NCBI GenBank assembly: GCA_963817385.1 | Contig: CAWFOM010000012.1 | Coordinates: 1 to 64,000 of the forward strand | Source: an uncultured delta proteobacterium | GTDB lineage: Bacteria > Desulfobacterota > Syntrophia > Syntrophales > UBA5619 | Reading direction: 5' to 3' | DNA: 64,000 bases | In this document: positions 50,060-58,486 of the stretch, piece by piece | How the letters are laid out: the number at the start of each line of letters is the position of its first letter | How positions within the stretch are numbered: the stretch's first letter is position 1 | Notes under the pieces: generated by a model | Told to the model about the DNA's origin: nothing | The model's input: the letters and a program-made list of their open reading frames with translations, nothing else | Databases searched by the model: none | Made by a program: the position numbers and the translations under genes

Positions 50060-51568
50060 ATGATGGAGGTCTTTCAAAATCTAACCTTGGGTTTCCAAGT
50101 CGCCTTATCGGTTCAAAATCTTTTTTTCTGCTTTATCGGCGCATTTCTCGGTACCCTGATCGGCGTGCTGCCGGGGTTGGGACCGGCAGGCGGAGTGGCC
50201 ATTCTGCTCCCGATCACTTTCGGCATGGATACGACTGCTGCGTTGATCACGATGGCAGGCCTCTATTTCGGATGTATGTACGGCGGATCGACCACATCCA
50301 TACTCCTGAATGTTCCGGGCGAAGCTGCGTCGGTGGTGACCTGCCTCGACGGATACCAGATGGCTCTTAAGGGGCGCGCCGGCCCCGCACTCGGGATGGC
50401 CGCCATTGCATCCTTCGTTGCGGGCACCGTTTCCGTGCTCTTGCTCACCTTTATCGCGCTTCCATTGGTCAAGGTCGCGTTACTGTTCGGCCCTCCGGAG
50501 TATTTCGCGCTGGCGCTCATGGGCCTGACCCTCGTGACGAGCTTCTCCGGCGATTCGGCGATCAAGGGCGTCATCAGCGGTCTGTTCGGGCTCTTCATCT
50601 CGTGTATCGGTGTCGATATCATCAGCGGAAGCGATCGCTTTACCTTCGGTTATGTCTATTTGATGGACGGCATTAATTTTGTCAGTTTGACGGTAGGTTT
50701 TTTTGCCGTGGCGGAAGTGCTGATCAACATAGAAGAGCCGATTTCCCAGATGTACACGAAGACAAAGCTGACCCTACGCAGTCTGTTCCCGAACTTGCAG
50801 GACTGGAAGGATTCCATCGGCCCGCTGTGGCGAGGCAGCCTCGTCGGTTTTTTTATCGGAGTGCTGCCGGGGGCCGGGCCGACAATCGCCTCCTTTTTAT
50901 CTTACGGCATTGAAAAAAAATGTAGCCGGCATCCGGAGAAATTCGGAACGGGGATCATTGAGGGGATTGCCGGACCCGAGGGAGCCAATAATGCCGCAGC
51001 CGGAGGAGCCTTCGTCCCTATGCTCACCCTCGGGATTCCGGGATCGGGAGTCACGGCCATCATCTTAGGCGCAATGATGCTGCATGGAATACGGCCGGGA
51101 CCGCTGCTTTTCCAACAAAATCCCGAAATAGTTTGGGGGCTCATTGCCAGCATGTACATCGGAAACGTGATACTCGTCGTCTTAAACCTGCCCCTGGTCG
51201 GCATGTGGGCGAGCATTCTGCGAATTCCTTATAAATTCCTGATGCCTTTGATCATCATCGTCGCTTCGGTCGGAATCTATGCAATGGAAGGGGTCCTCTT
51301 TGACCTATGGGTGATGCTTGCCTTCGGCGTTATCGGCTATTTCATGCGGAAGCTGAATTTCCCCGCAGCGCCCGCGGTGTTGGCGCTGGTCTTGGGTCCG
51401 CTGGTCGAAGGATCGCTGAAACAATCGCTCATTATATCCAGGGGAGACTACTCAATCTTTTTTACGCGGCCCATTTCCGCCGTCTTTACTATCGCAGCGC
51501 TTGTATCGCTGTTTATCCCGCTGATCCAATACGGGTTAAGCAAAATGAAAAAGACATCCGTGCTGTAA
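50060..51568 (+). CDS. tctA: Tripartite tricarboxylate transporter large permease TctA
   Basis: GVLPGLG, YGGSTTSILLN.PG, FGPPEYF, PE.ANNA, LTLGIPG. Confidence 0.93.
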   Translation: MMEVFQNLTLGFQVALSVQNLFFCFIGAFLGTLIGVLPGLGPAGGVAILLPITFGMDTTAALITMAGLYFGCMYGGSTTSILLNVPGEAASVVTCLDGYQMALKGRAGPALGMAAIASFVAGTVSVLLLTFIALPLVKVALLFGPPEYFALALMGLTLVTSFSGDSAIKGVISGLFGLFISCIGVDIISGSDRFTFGYVYLMDGINFVSLTVGFFAVAEVLINIEEPISQMYTKTKLTLRSLFPNLQDWKDSIGPLWRGSLVGFFIGVLPGAGPTIASFLSYGIEKKCSRHPEKFGTGIIEGIAGPEGANNAAAGGAFVPMLTLGIPGSGVTAIILGAMMLHGIRPGPLLFQQNPEIVWGLIASMYIGNVILVVLNLPLVGMWASILRIPYKFLMPLIIIVASVGIYAMEGVLFDLWVMLAFGVIGYFMRKLNFPAAPAVLALVLGPLVEGSLKQSLIISRGDYSIFFTRPISAVFTIAALVSLFIPLIQYGLSKMKKTSVL

Positions 51569-51622
51569 AAGGAACGGCTCTTCAATGCGCGATCTTTCTA
51601 AAAAAACAAAAAGGAGAAAGTG

Positions 51623-52990
51623 ATGGATTCAACCAGTAGCGTAATGGTTCGTTTGACACAATACATGGCTCAGGCAAACTCTACGGAGCTTCCCCTTCCG
51701 GTGATCCGGAAAGCCAAGCATCACATCCTGGACACGCTTGCAGCGATGGTCTCCGGCTCGCAACTCAAACCGGGACGCGTAGCCATCGCCTACGCAGAAA
51801 AACAGGGAGGACCCCCCGAGGCGCAGGTGGTTGCCAGCCGGGTCTGCGTCTCAGCGATAAACGCCGCCTTGGCAAACGGAATGCTTGCCCACTCCGATGA
51901 GACCGACGATTCCAACACGTATGCCGGCATCCACCCCGGATGTGCGGTTGTTTCTTCCGCCCTGGCCATGGCGGAACGGGAAGATGCCAGCGGTGCAGAA
52001 TTCGTCAGGGCAGTGGTCCTGGGCTACGATATGGGATGCCGGACAATCAAGGCTCTTGGCGGGCGCTTGGCCGTCAGGGGCAGAAACCACCTTCCCTTCA
52101 GCATCGGCGGAACCATGGGCGCTACATCAGCCGCGGGGAGTCTCGCGGGATTGAGACCGGAACAAATCCCCTATCTGCTCTCCTTCGGCGCGCAGCAAGC
52201 CTCGGGAGTCATGACCTACCCCCGGGATACCGAGCACATCGAGAAGGCCTTCATCTTCGGGGGTATGGGCGCCCGCAACGGCGTGACAGCCGCCACCATG
52301 GTGCAAAGCGGGTTCACCGGCGTTACCGACGTCTTCAGCGGGACCGGCAACTTCCTTATCGCCTATTCGGAGAAACCCAAGCCCGAGGAGCTGGTGGCAG
52401 AGCTGGGATCCCGTTACGAGGTCATGCTCACCAACATCAAAAAGTACTGTGTGGGCTTCCCCATTCAAACGCCCCTCGACGGCCTGGTGATCATTATGCA
52501 GGAGCATCACCTCGGGGCTGATAACATGGAGCGTATTGAGGTCCGGCTTGATGAGGACGGCGCCAATACGGTGAACGACCGGGAGATGCCGGATATCAAC
52601 CTCCAGTATCTCTTTGCCGTCACCCTTCTGGATGGGGACCTCAGTTTCGAAGCCGCCCATTCGGTTGAAAGGATGCAAGATCCCCGGGTGCTGGCGTTTA
52701 AGAAGCGGGTGACGCTTGTCGGAGACGCGGAGTTGAGCCGCCTCCTGCCGGAACGCCACGCCATGGTAACGGTCACGACCAAAGACGGCCGTACGTTCCA
52801 AAAAAAATTGGCGACATTCCGCGGCAAATCAGATAACCCGCTTTCCACGGAAGAGGTAGAAAAAAAGTCCTCGGAACTTCTGGAGCCGGTATTGGGCGCC
52901 CTGCGGTCCCGCCAACTCATTGAGGTGGTAAACCGCCTGGAGAGTCTCCCCAGTGTCCGGGATCTGCGGCCGCTGCTGCAGGTAGGGTGA
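51623..52990 (+). CDS. MmgE/PrpD-family protein
   Basis: AALANG..AH..ETDD....HPG, K.Y..G. Confidence 0.9.
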   Translation: MDSTSSVMVRLTQYMAQANSTELPLPVIRKAKHHILDTLAAMVSGSQLKPGRVAIAYAEKQGGPPEAQVVASRVCVSAINAALANGMLAHSDETDDSNTYAGIHPGCAVVSSALAMAEREDASGAEFVRAVVLGYDMGCRTIKALGGRLAVRGRNHLPFSIGGTMGATSAAGSLAGLRPEQIPYLLSFGAQQASGVMTYPRDTEHIEKAFIFGGMGARNGVTAATMVQSGFTGVTDVFSGTGNFLIAYSEKPKPEELVAELGSRYEVMLTNIKKYCVGFPIQTPLDGLVIIMQEHHLGADNMERIEVRLDEDGANTVNDREMPDINLQYLFAVTLLDGDLSFEAAHSVERMQDPRVLAFKKRVTLVGDAELSRLLPERHAMVTVTTKDGRTFQKKLATFRGKSDNPLSTEEVEKKSSELLEPVLGALRSRQLIEVVNRLESLPSVRDLRPLLQVG

Positions 52991-53255
52991 ACCGCGGGCA
53001 CGGTCCCGTAATTGACCATCCGGACTTTCGGGGACTACTCCGGCTTCAAACCGCGCTGCCGTATTCTGGTCACGGACAGTTGCTTTTACGGGAAAGGTAA
53101 GTTCCGGGTGGCGTCTCTCTGGGGTTGAAAACCTGGAATCAACGTTCCGGAATCCTGACGACTTCCATTGATGAACCAATGGGGATGCCCAGCTTACCCT
53201 CGGTTAATCCGACCGGGCGGATCGGAATCGGGTATAGACGGGGAGAAATGGGGAG

Positions 53256-53891
53256 ATGTGCATGCGGAACTACTGGAACAATCGGTTTAGCAAAGAGGGC
53301 CGGATCTGGGGTGATTCTCCCAGCCGGACGACCCTTCTGGCACGGGAGCTCTTCCGGCGCAACGGAGTGAAGAAGATCCTTATTCCCGGCGCCGGGTATG
53401 GACGGCATGTCGATTTTTTTACCGTGGAGGGTTTTGTCGTCCACGGCATCGAGATCTCGGACGTCGCCATCGGCCTTGCCGCTCAACCGGAGGGGAAGGT
53501 CGTCCTGTACCGCGGATCGGTCCTCGACATGCCCTTCAGCGACGACATCTATGACGCGGTCTACTGCTTCAATCTCCTCCACTTCTTCCGTGCCGCTGAC
53601 CGGGGGACCCTGATCGGCAAATGCGCCGATCAGCTCCGGCCGGGGGGCGTGCTCTTCTTTATCGTCTTCTCCGAGAAAGAGCCGACGTACGGGAAGGGAG
53701 AGAGGGTCGAGGAAGGCACATTCGAGAGCAAACCGGGGCGGCCGACCCACTTCTTCACGGAGGCGGATCTTAAGAGCCACTTCGAGGCCTTCGATATCCT
53801 GGAGACGGGTATCACCGAGGATCAGGAGTGTCACGGTGACGAGGGCCCCCATATCCATCTCCTCCGCACCATCGCCGCGCGCAAGGGGTGA
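53256..53891 (+). CDS. Class I SAM-dependent methyltransferase
   Basis: Motif I ILIPGAGYGR, GIEIS, LRPGG. Confidence 0.87.
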   Translation: MCMRNYWNNRFSKEGRIWGDSPSRTTLLARELFRRNGVKKILIPGAGYGRHVDFFTVEGFVVHGIEISDVAIGLAAQPEGKVVLYRGSVLDMPFSDDIYDAVYCFNLLHFFRAADRGTLIGKCADQLRPGGVLFFIVFSEKEPTYGKGERVEEGTFESKPGRPTHFFTEADLKSHFEAFDILETGITEDQECHGDEGPHIHLLRTIAARKG

Positions 53892-54089
53892 ACAGCGTTT
53901 ACACTCGGTTCCTTCTGTTCCGGGGGAATGAACACCAACGAGCATGGAAAGGATAACGGTGCGGGAACACTGAGGGGCCGGCGGATAGAGACAAATGGGG
54001 CGCCGGCGCGCGGCAGTGAGCCATGGCCGGATTAAGGTGACAGGGGATAATCCCGGACACGGTCCACGATCCGTCGGCTTGAGAATGAG

Positions 54090-54122
54090 GGAGGCCTCGC
54101 GAACGATGTTCGCGGGGCCTCC
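54090..54122. terminator. GC-rich hairpin between convergent methyltransferase and metK
   Basis: GGAGGCCTCGCGAAC-GAT-GTTCGCGGGGCCTCC (15-bp stem); no clear U tract. Confidence 0.5.
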
Positions 54123-54157
54123 GGGTATATGCGGTCGAGCTTGAGCGACGGCCGGGT

Positions 54158-55345
54158 TTACTTGCCCGCGGCTTTCTTGAGTTCCTTGACCCTGTCAGTC
54201 TTCTCCCAGGGGTAGTCGTCCATAAAGAGCGTTCGGGGGATGCGGCGATAGATGTTGCTGTTGAGAAGGTCGAAGCGTTGGATCATCCCCGCCGGCGTTA
54301 GGTCGAAGAGCTTCTCGATGATCTTCTCCAGCTTTTTGTTGCTGATCTTGCCCGTGCCGAAAGTGTCTACGTAGATCGAGAAGGGGCAGGCGATCCCGAT
54401 CGCGTAGGCGAGCTGCACCGAGCACTTTTTCGCCAGACCGGCGGCGACGATGTTCTTCGCGACGTAACGCGACCCGAAGGCGGCGGAGCAGTCCACCTTC
54501 TCCGGCGACTTGTTGACGACGGCGCCGCCCCCCATCTGGGCGCCGGGGTAACCCCCGTAACACTGGACGACCAGCTTCCGGCCGGTAACGCCTGAATCGG
54601 CGGCGCTGCACGAGTTGACCGCCTTCCACTCGCCGGTCGGGTTGAAGAGGAATTCGGTTTTCTTGTCGACGCAACCATCCAGGCTGTCGAAGGCGATCTT
54701 GCGGGCCCGCTTCTCGAGGGCGCAATGGTCCTTCTCCTTCCCCTTCGCGTAGCGGTAGTCGATGGCGTTGGACATCAGGACCTTGACCAGCCGGAGCGGC
54801 TTCCCCGTCTTCTCGTCGTACTCCACCGATACCTGCCCCTTGCCGTCCGGGGCGAAGATCGGGTCGCCGCAGTTCTCGAAAGCCCGCATCATTCGGTTGA
54901 CGAGGACGTAGGTGAGCGGGAGGAGTTCCGGGGTCTCGTCACAGGCATAGCCGTACATGATCCCTTGGTCGCCGGCGCCGATCTCCTTATACTTGCCGGC
55001 GTCGGCTCGTGTACCGATATTGATGTCGGGCGACTGGGGGATGATGGCGTTAAGGACCCCGAGGGAGTTGCCGTTCAGACCGACCGCCGAATCATTGTAG
55101 CCGAGGGAAAGGACCGTCTCCCGGACGCACTTGTCCAGGTCGATCCAGGCCCGCGTGCTGACCTCGCCGCCGACGACGCAGAGCCCCTTGCCGAGGAAGA
55201 CCTCGATGCCGCAGTGGGGCATGGTATTGATGTCCATTCCTTTTTTGTGTTCCCGGTCCAGGATGGCGGCGATGATGTTGGCCGCGATCATGTCCGCGAC
55301 GATGTCCGGGTGTCCGACCTTTACGCTTTCCGATGAAATCTGCAT
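54158..55345 (-). CDS. metK: S-adenosylmethionine synthetase (divergent)
   Basis: SESV..GHPD, QSPDI, GAGDQG, PDGK.Q, DSG.TGRK, GGGA...K...KVD, QLAYAIG; ATG at 55345 after AGGAG. Confidence 0.93.
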   Translation of the reverse strand: MQISSESVKVGHPDIVADMIAANIIAAILDREHKKGMDINTMPHCGIEVFLGKGLCVVGGEVSTRAWIDLDKCVRETVLSLGYNDSAVGLNGNSLGVLNAIIPQSPDINIGTRADAGKYKEIGAGDQGIMYGYACDETPELLPLTYVLVNRMMRAFENCGDPIFAPDGKGQVSVEYDEKTGKPLRLVKVLMSNAIDYRYAKGKEKDHCALEKRARKIAFDSLDGCVDKKTEFLFNPTGEWKAVNSCSAADSGVTGRKLVVQCYGGYPGAQMGGGAVVNKSPEKVDCSAAFGSRYVAKNIVAAGLAKKCSVQLAYAIGIACPFSIYVDTFGTGKISNKKLEKIIEKLFDLTPAGMIQRFDLLNSNIYRRIPRTLFMDDYPWEKTDRVKELKKAAGK

Positions 55346-55365
55346 GGTGATTCTCCTGTTAAGTA

Positions 55366-55393
55366 ACGCAAAACCCGCGCCAGAGCGCGGGTT
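55366..55393 (-). terminator. Leader terminator of metK (riboswitch expression platform)
   Basis: AACCCGCGC-TCTG-GCGCGGGTT-TTG on the minus strand, just upstream of the RBS. Confidence 0.7.
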
Positions 55394-55407
55394 CATGATC
55401 ATTTTCC

Positions 55408-55458
55408 GGCGCTTTAGCACATTTATATAGCGGAGCAATTGACCTGTAAATTCCCGCT
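55408..55458 (-). promoter_or_regulatory. SAM-II-like riboswitch aptamer upstream of metK
   Basis: AGCGGG-AAUUUA-CAGGUCAA-UUGC-UCCGCU-AUAUAAAUGU-GCUAAA-GCGCC: P1 helix, UUUA loop, UUGC/GCUAA pseudoknot and AUAAAUGU linker as in SAM-II; SAM-synthesis gene context. Confidence 0.8.
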
Positions 55459-55548
55459 TGGGGGTTCTCATAGGATATGGCGAATGAAATGTCAAGGAAA
55501 AAGTACGACGGGGATAGGGAGGATCGATGGCGTGTGCCGATGCTCACC

Positions 55549-56706
55549 CTATCGGCACGCGCCTCCAGAGCGGTGCCTTCCGGGTACGGTGAGTGCACCC
55601 CCTGATAGAAGCATGAGTGCATTGACCCAGAAGACGGGAAATATCCCGAACGCCGAGCCGATCGCTCCGAACACGACCGGACCGACCATGCGCGCCAGAT
55701 GATTTACGGTGATGCGCAAGCCCAGGACCTCGCCGGAGTGGCCTTCCGTGGAGGTGCTGAAGGTCAGCATCATGGTGATCGGCTGGCCGCAGCCCATACC
55801 GAGCCCGAACGTGAACGAGAGCAGCGAGAGTACTACCGAGTCGGTAAAGAACGGCACCAGTATCAGGCTTACCGCTCCGAGGAAAAACGCGTAGGCCAGG
55901 ACTGTTCCCTCGCCCAGCCAGGCGAGGAGCCTCGGCATGATCAGCCGCACGACGAACGCGGCCGCCGAGAACATGGCAAGCACGACGCCGATGACGGTAC
56001 CGGAGAGCCCGATGCCGTGTCCATAAATCGGGATGTAGAACTGGAACAGGGCAATACCGGTCACAATCAGGCTGCTGGTAACCAGCACTTTCCAGAGGCC
56101 GGAGCTCGTCAGCATGTCGCGGATGCTTCCGGCGGGGGGGGCATCGCGCGAACCTCCGGGGAGGGTGCCGCCCCAGATCGCAAGCATCAGGACCGGCGCA
56201 AGCGAGAGCGCCACGAGGTAGAGACAGGCAACAGCAGGGCCGGAGTGATCGATCGAAAATCCCGCCAGCAGCGGTCCGAGAAAGCTGGTGAACGACACCA
56301 TCAAGCTGAAATTGCTGAAGTTCAGGGCGCGGTTCTGCGGCTCGCTCAGAAGCCCCACCAGGTTCTGCAGGGAGACGGCGTAGAACGCGAACGACAGGCC
56401 GTTGAGCACCGCCGCGGTATAGAGAGCGGGAAGCCCGGGAAAGAAATAGGGCACCAGCATGCCGCCGGCGCCGCCGGCGGCGCCGAACATGAGCGGCCAG
56501 CGCGAACCGAAGCGGTCGGAAAGTTTGCCGACCTGCCACGACAGGAGCATCGGCAACACGGAAAACGTCGCGGCGAGGATGCCGATGGCAAAGGGCTGCG
56601 CACCGAGTTTCAGCGCGTATAGTGCAAGCAGGACTCGGCCCGCCTGCACGCTGGTCATGTTGAACAACACCAGGGCAAAGGTAAAATAGATGGGTAGCAG
56701 GCTCAA
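55549..56706 (-). CDS. MFS transporter
   Basis: About 12 hydrophobic segments; GKLSDRFGSR (motif A). Confidence 0.92.
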   Translation of the reverse strand: MSLLPIYFTFALVLFNMTSVQAGRVLLALYALKLGAQPFAIGILAATFSVLPMLLSWQVGKLSDRFGSRWPLMFGAAGGAGGMLVPYFFPGLPALYTAAVLNGLSFAFYAVSLQNLVGLLSEPQNRALNFSNFSLMVSFTSFLGPLLAGFSIDHSGPAVACLYLVALSLAPVLMLAIWGGTLPGGSRDAPPAGSIRDMLTSSGLWKVLVTSSLIVTGIALFQFYIPIYGHGIGLSGTVIGVVLAMFSAAAFVVRLIMPRLLAWLGEGTVLAYAFFLGAVSLILVPFFTDSVVLSLLSFTFGLGMGCGQPITMMLTFSTSTEGHSGEVLGLRITVNHLARMVGPVVFGAIGSAFGIFPVFWVNALMLLSGGALTVPGRHRSGGACR

Positions 56707-56733
56707 AATTCTTAACGACTCACTTTTCCTGAC

Positions 56734-57921
56734 TCAGAACCGCGGTTCCTGAAGGTACAGGTCGATCGGTTCGGTGTAGTACAGTGTCTCGCTCAAGGAC
56801 AGCGTGCCGGAGGCAACGTCGATGACGGTGCGGTAGAGTCGTTCGCCCACCTCCTCGGGGGTCTCTGACCCCTCGATGACCGTGCCCGAGTAGAAGTCGA
56901 TGCTGTCCATGGCAGCCGCATACGTCCGGGGATTGGCGGTCGCCCACAGGAAAGGCGCCACCACCGAGGGCGAACCTTCCAGGAGGGTCCGGCCGGCCAC
57001 GCCGCCGCCCCCGAGTTGGAACAACACGACGTTGGCGCCCGCCGCCGCGTATCCGGCGAATATGGACAGGTGCCCCATCCAGTTATCGACGAAATACAGG
57101 CCCTTGCGCGTCGGCCGCTCCGCGTACTTCAGCACGCCCTGGATCGGCGCGGTCCCCGCCTTGTGGATCGCCCCGAGGCTTTTCTCCTCCAACGAACTGA
57201 TCCCGCCTTTGATGTTGGACGGCACCGGGTTTACGGTACGGATGTCCAACCCGGTGGCCTTGGCCCGGTCCTCCTGAACCGTCACGGCGCGGAGGATCGC
57301 CTCGGCGACCTCCGGGCGTGCGGCGCGCCGCACCAGGGCCTCCTCGGCCCCGATAATCTCCGTGGTCTCACCGAAGAGGGCTGTGCCTCCGGCGGCCACG
57401 ACCTTGTCGTACAGATACCCGATTGCCGGGTTTCCGGCGATCCCCGATGTCGTGTCGGAGTAGCCGCATTTCACCCCGAGGCAGAGGTGCTCATCCTCGA
57501 CCATCTCCCGGCGCAACTTCGATGCCTCGTGCACCATCCGGCGGGCCATCTGGATCCCCTTGAAGATAGCGCCGTAGGTCCCGCCGTCCTTCGCCGGGTC
57601 CAGCATCTCCACCCTCTTGCCGCTCGCCGCGATCTCGTCCGCCAGCCGCTCGGCCCTCAGTTCCGGGTAGCCGGCGCCGGGGCTGGCGGCGTGGACGATG
57701 ACCGAGGCTACGTTGGGGTTCCGGCCGAGGCCGATGAGGATCCGGGCGATCTGCTCACGGTCGTTTGCCGTGCGGCCGGAGCCGTGATCTGCGGTCAGGA
57801 TGGTTTTCGTGCCGGCGACGAAATCGCAGACCGACTTGGCGATGATCCCCTGGGGGATCACCAGGACATAGTTACGCGTGCCGACCGAGCCGTCGGATCG
57901 GACATAGCCCCGGAAGCTCAT
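56734..57921 (-). CDS. UxaA/GarD-family dehydratase or lyase, large subunit
   Basis: F.GY.R.DG.VG.RN, KCG.SDTTSG.A.NP, ETTE.IGAE, N..GG.S.LEEKSLGA. Confidence 0.9.
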   Translation of the reverse strand: MSFRGYVRSDGSVGTRNYVLVIPQGIIAKSVCDFVAGTKTILTADHGSGRTANDREQIARILIGLGRNPNVASVIVHAASPGAGYPELRAERLADEIAASGKRVEMLDPAKDGGTYGAIFKGIQMARRMVHEASKLRREMVEDEHLCLGVKCGYSDTTSGIAGNPAIGYLYDKVVAAGGTALFGETTEIIGAEEALVRRAARPEVAEAILRAVTVQEDRAKATGLDIRTVNPVPSNIKGGISSLEEKSLGAIHKAGTAPIQGVLKYAERPTRKGLYFVDNWMGHLSIFAGYAAAGANVVLFQLGGGGVAGRTLLEGSPSVVAPFLWATANPRTYAAAMDSIDFYSGTVIEGSETPEEVGERLYRTVIDVASGTLSLSETLYYTEPIDLYLQEPRF

Positions 57922-58226
57922 CGTTTGCCGCTCCTTTCGAGGTCGCCCCGGGCGCGCGTGCCTTCCAGGTTATGGATGTGGACCAGGTTCCCCTTGGCGA
58001 TAGCCGTGCCGGCCCGACCGATCGTCTCTCCGTACTTCCGGATGATCGCCCCCCGGGGAATGTCCTGCAGGGCGAGCTTGAAGCCGAAGGGGATCGTCTC
58101 CGCGGCGCGGAGCGTGAGTGCGCCTCCCGCCACCGGGATCGACACCTCCTCCCCCGCCTGGATCTCTTCCACGGCGGTGGCCACGTTGTCATTCGGGTGC
58201 ATGATGAGTGCGCGTTTTGACGGCAT
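57918..58226 (-). CDS. UxaA-family SAF-domain small subunit
   Basis: DNVATA..IPFG.K.A...I..G..I.KYG..IG....I..G..VH.HN. Confidence 0.9.
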   Translation of the reverse strand: MPSKRALIMHPNDNVATAVEEIQAGEEVSIPVAGGALTLRAAETIPFGFKLALQDIPRGAIIRKYGETIGRAGTAIAKGNLVHIHNLEGTRARGDLERSGKR

Positions 58227-58306
58227 GCCGTACGGTCTTTCCTCCCGGATTCTTCCCGCAAGACCATCGAGCGAGTTTTGATAAGGACTTGCTTGTGTCC
58301 GGGGTG

Positions 58307-58335
58307 AGAATAAGAGAAGAGCGCTTGCATGTCAA
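58307..58335 (-). promoter_or_regulatory. Sigma70 promoter of the SAF-UxaA-MFS operon
   Basis: TTGACA-N17-TATTCT on the minus strand. Confidence 0.7.
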
Positions 58336-58486
58336 TGAAATAATGGCCCGGAGATGCAGGCGGCAGTGCCGGTGATTGCCGCCGGACATTTCAGCGCTGC
58401 GGATTGCGGTCCGTTTCTTGCGGTGCGGGGGCAAAGCCGATCTGCACGTGTGTTGCCTTTTCGGGGGGAAATGGTATATTTAGTTT

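Noticed and set aside
52991..53255. Long spacer before the methyltransferase, checked for SAM or SAH riboswitches
   Set aside because: No recognisable aptamer motifs by eye
55346..55495. ORF-track N-terminal extension of MetK starting at 55495
   Set aside because: It spans the promoter, riboswitch and terminator; the real start is ATG 55345 with an AGGAG RBS
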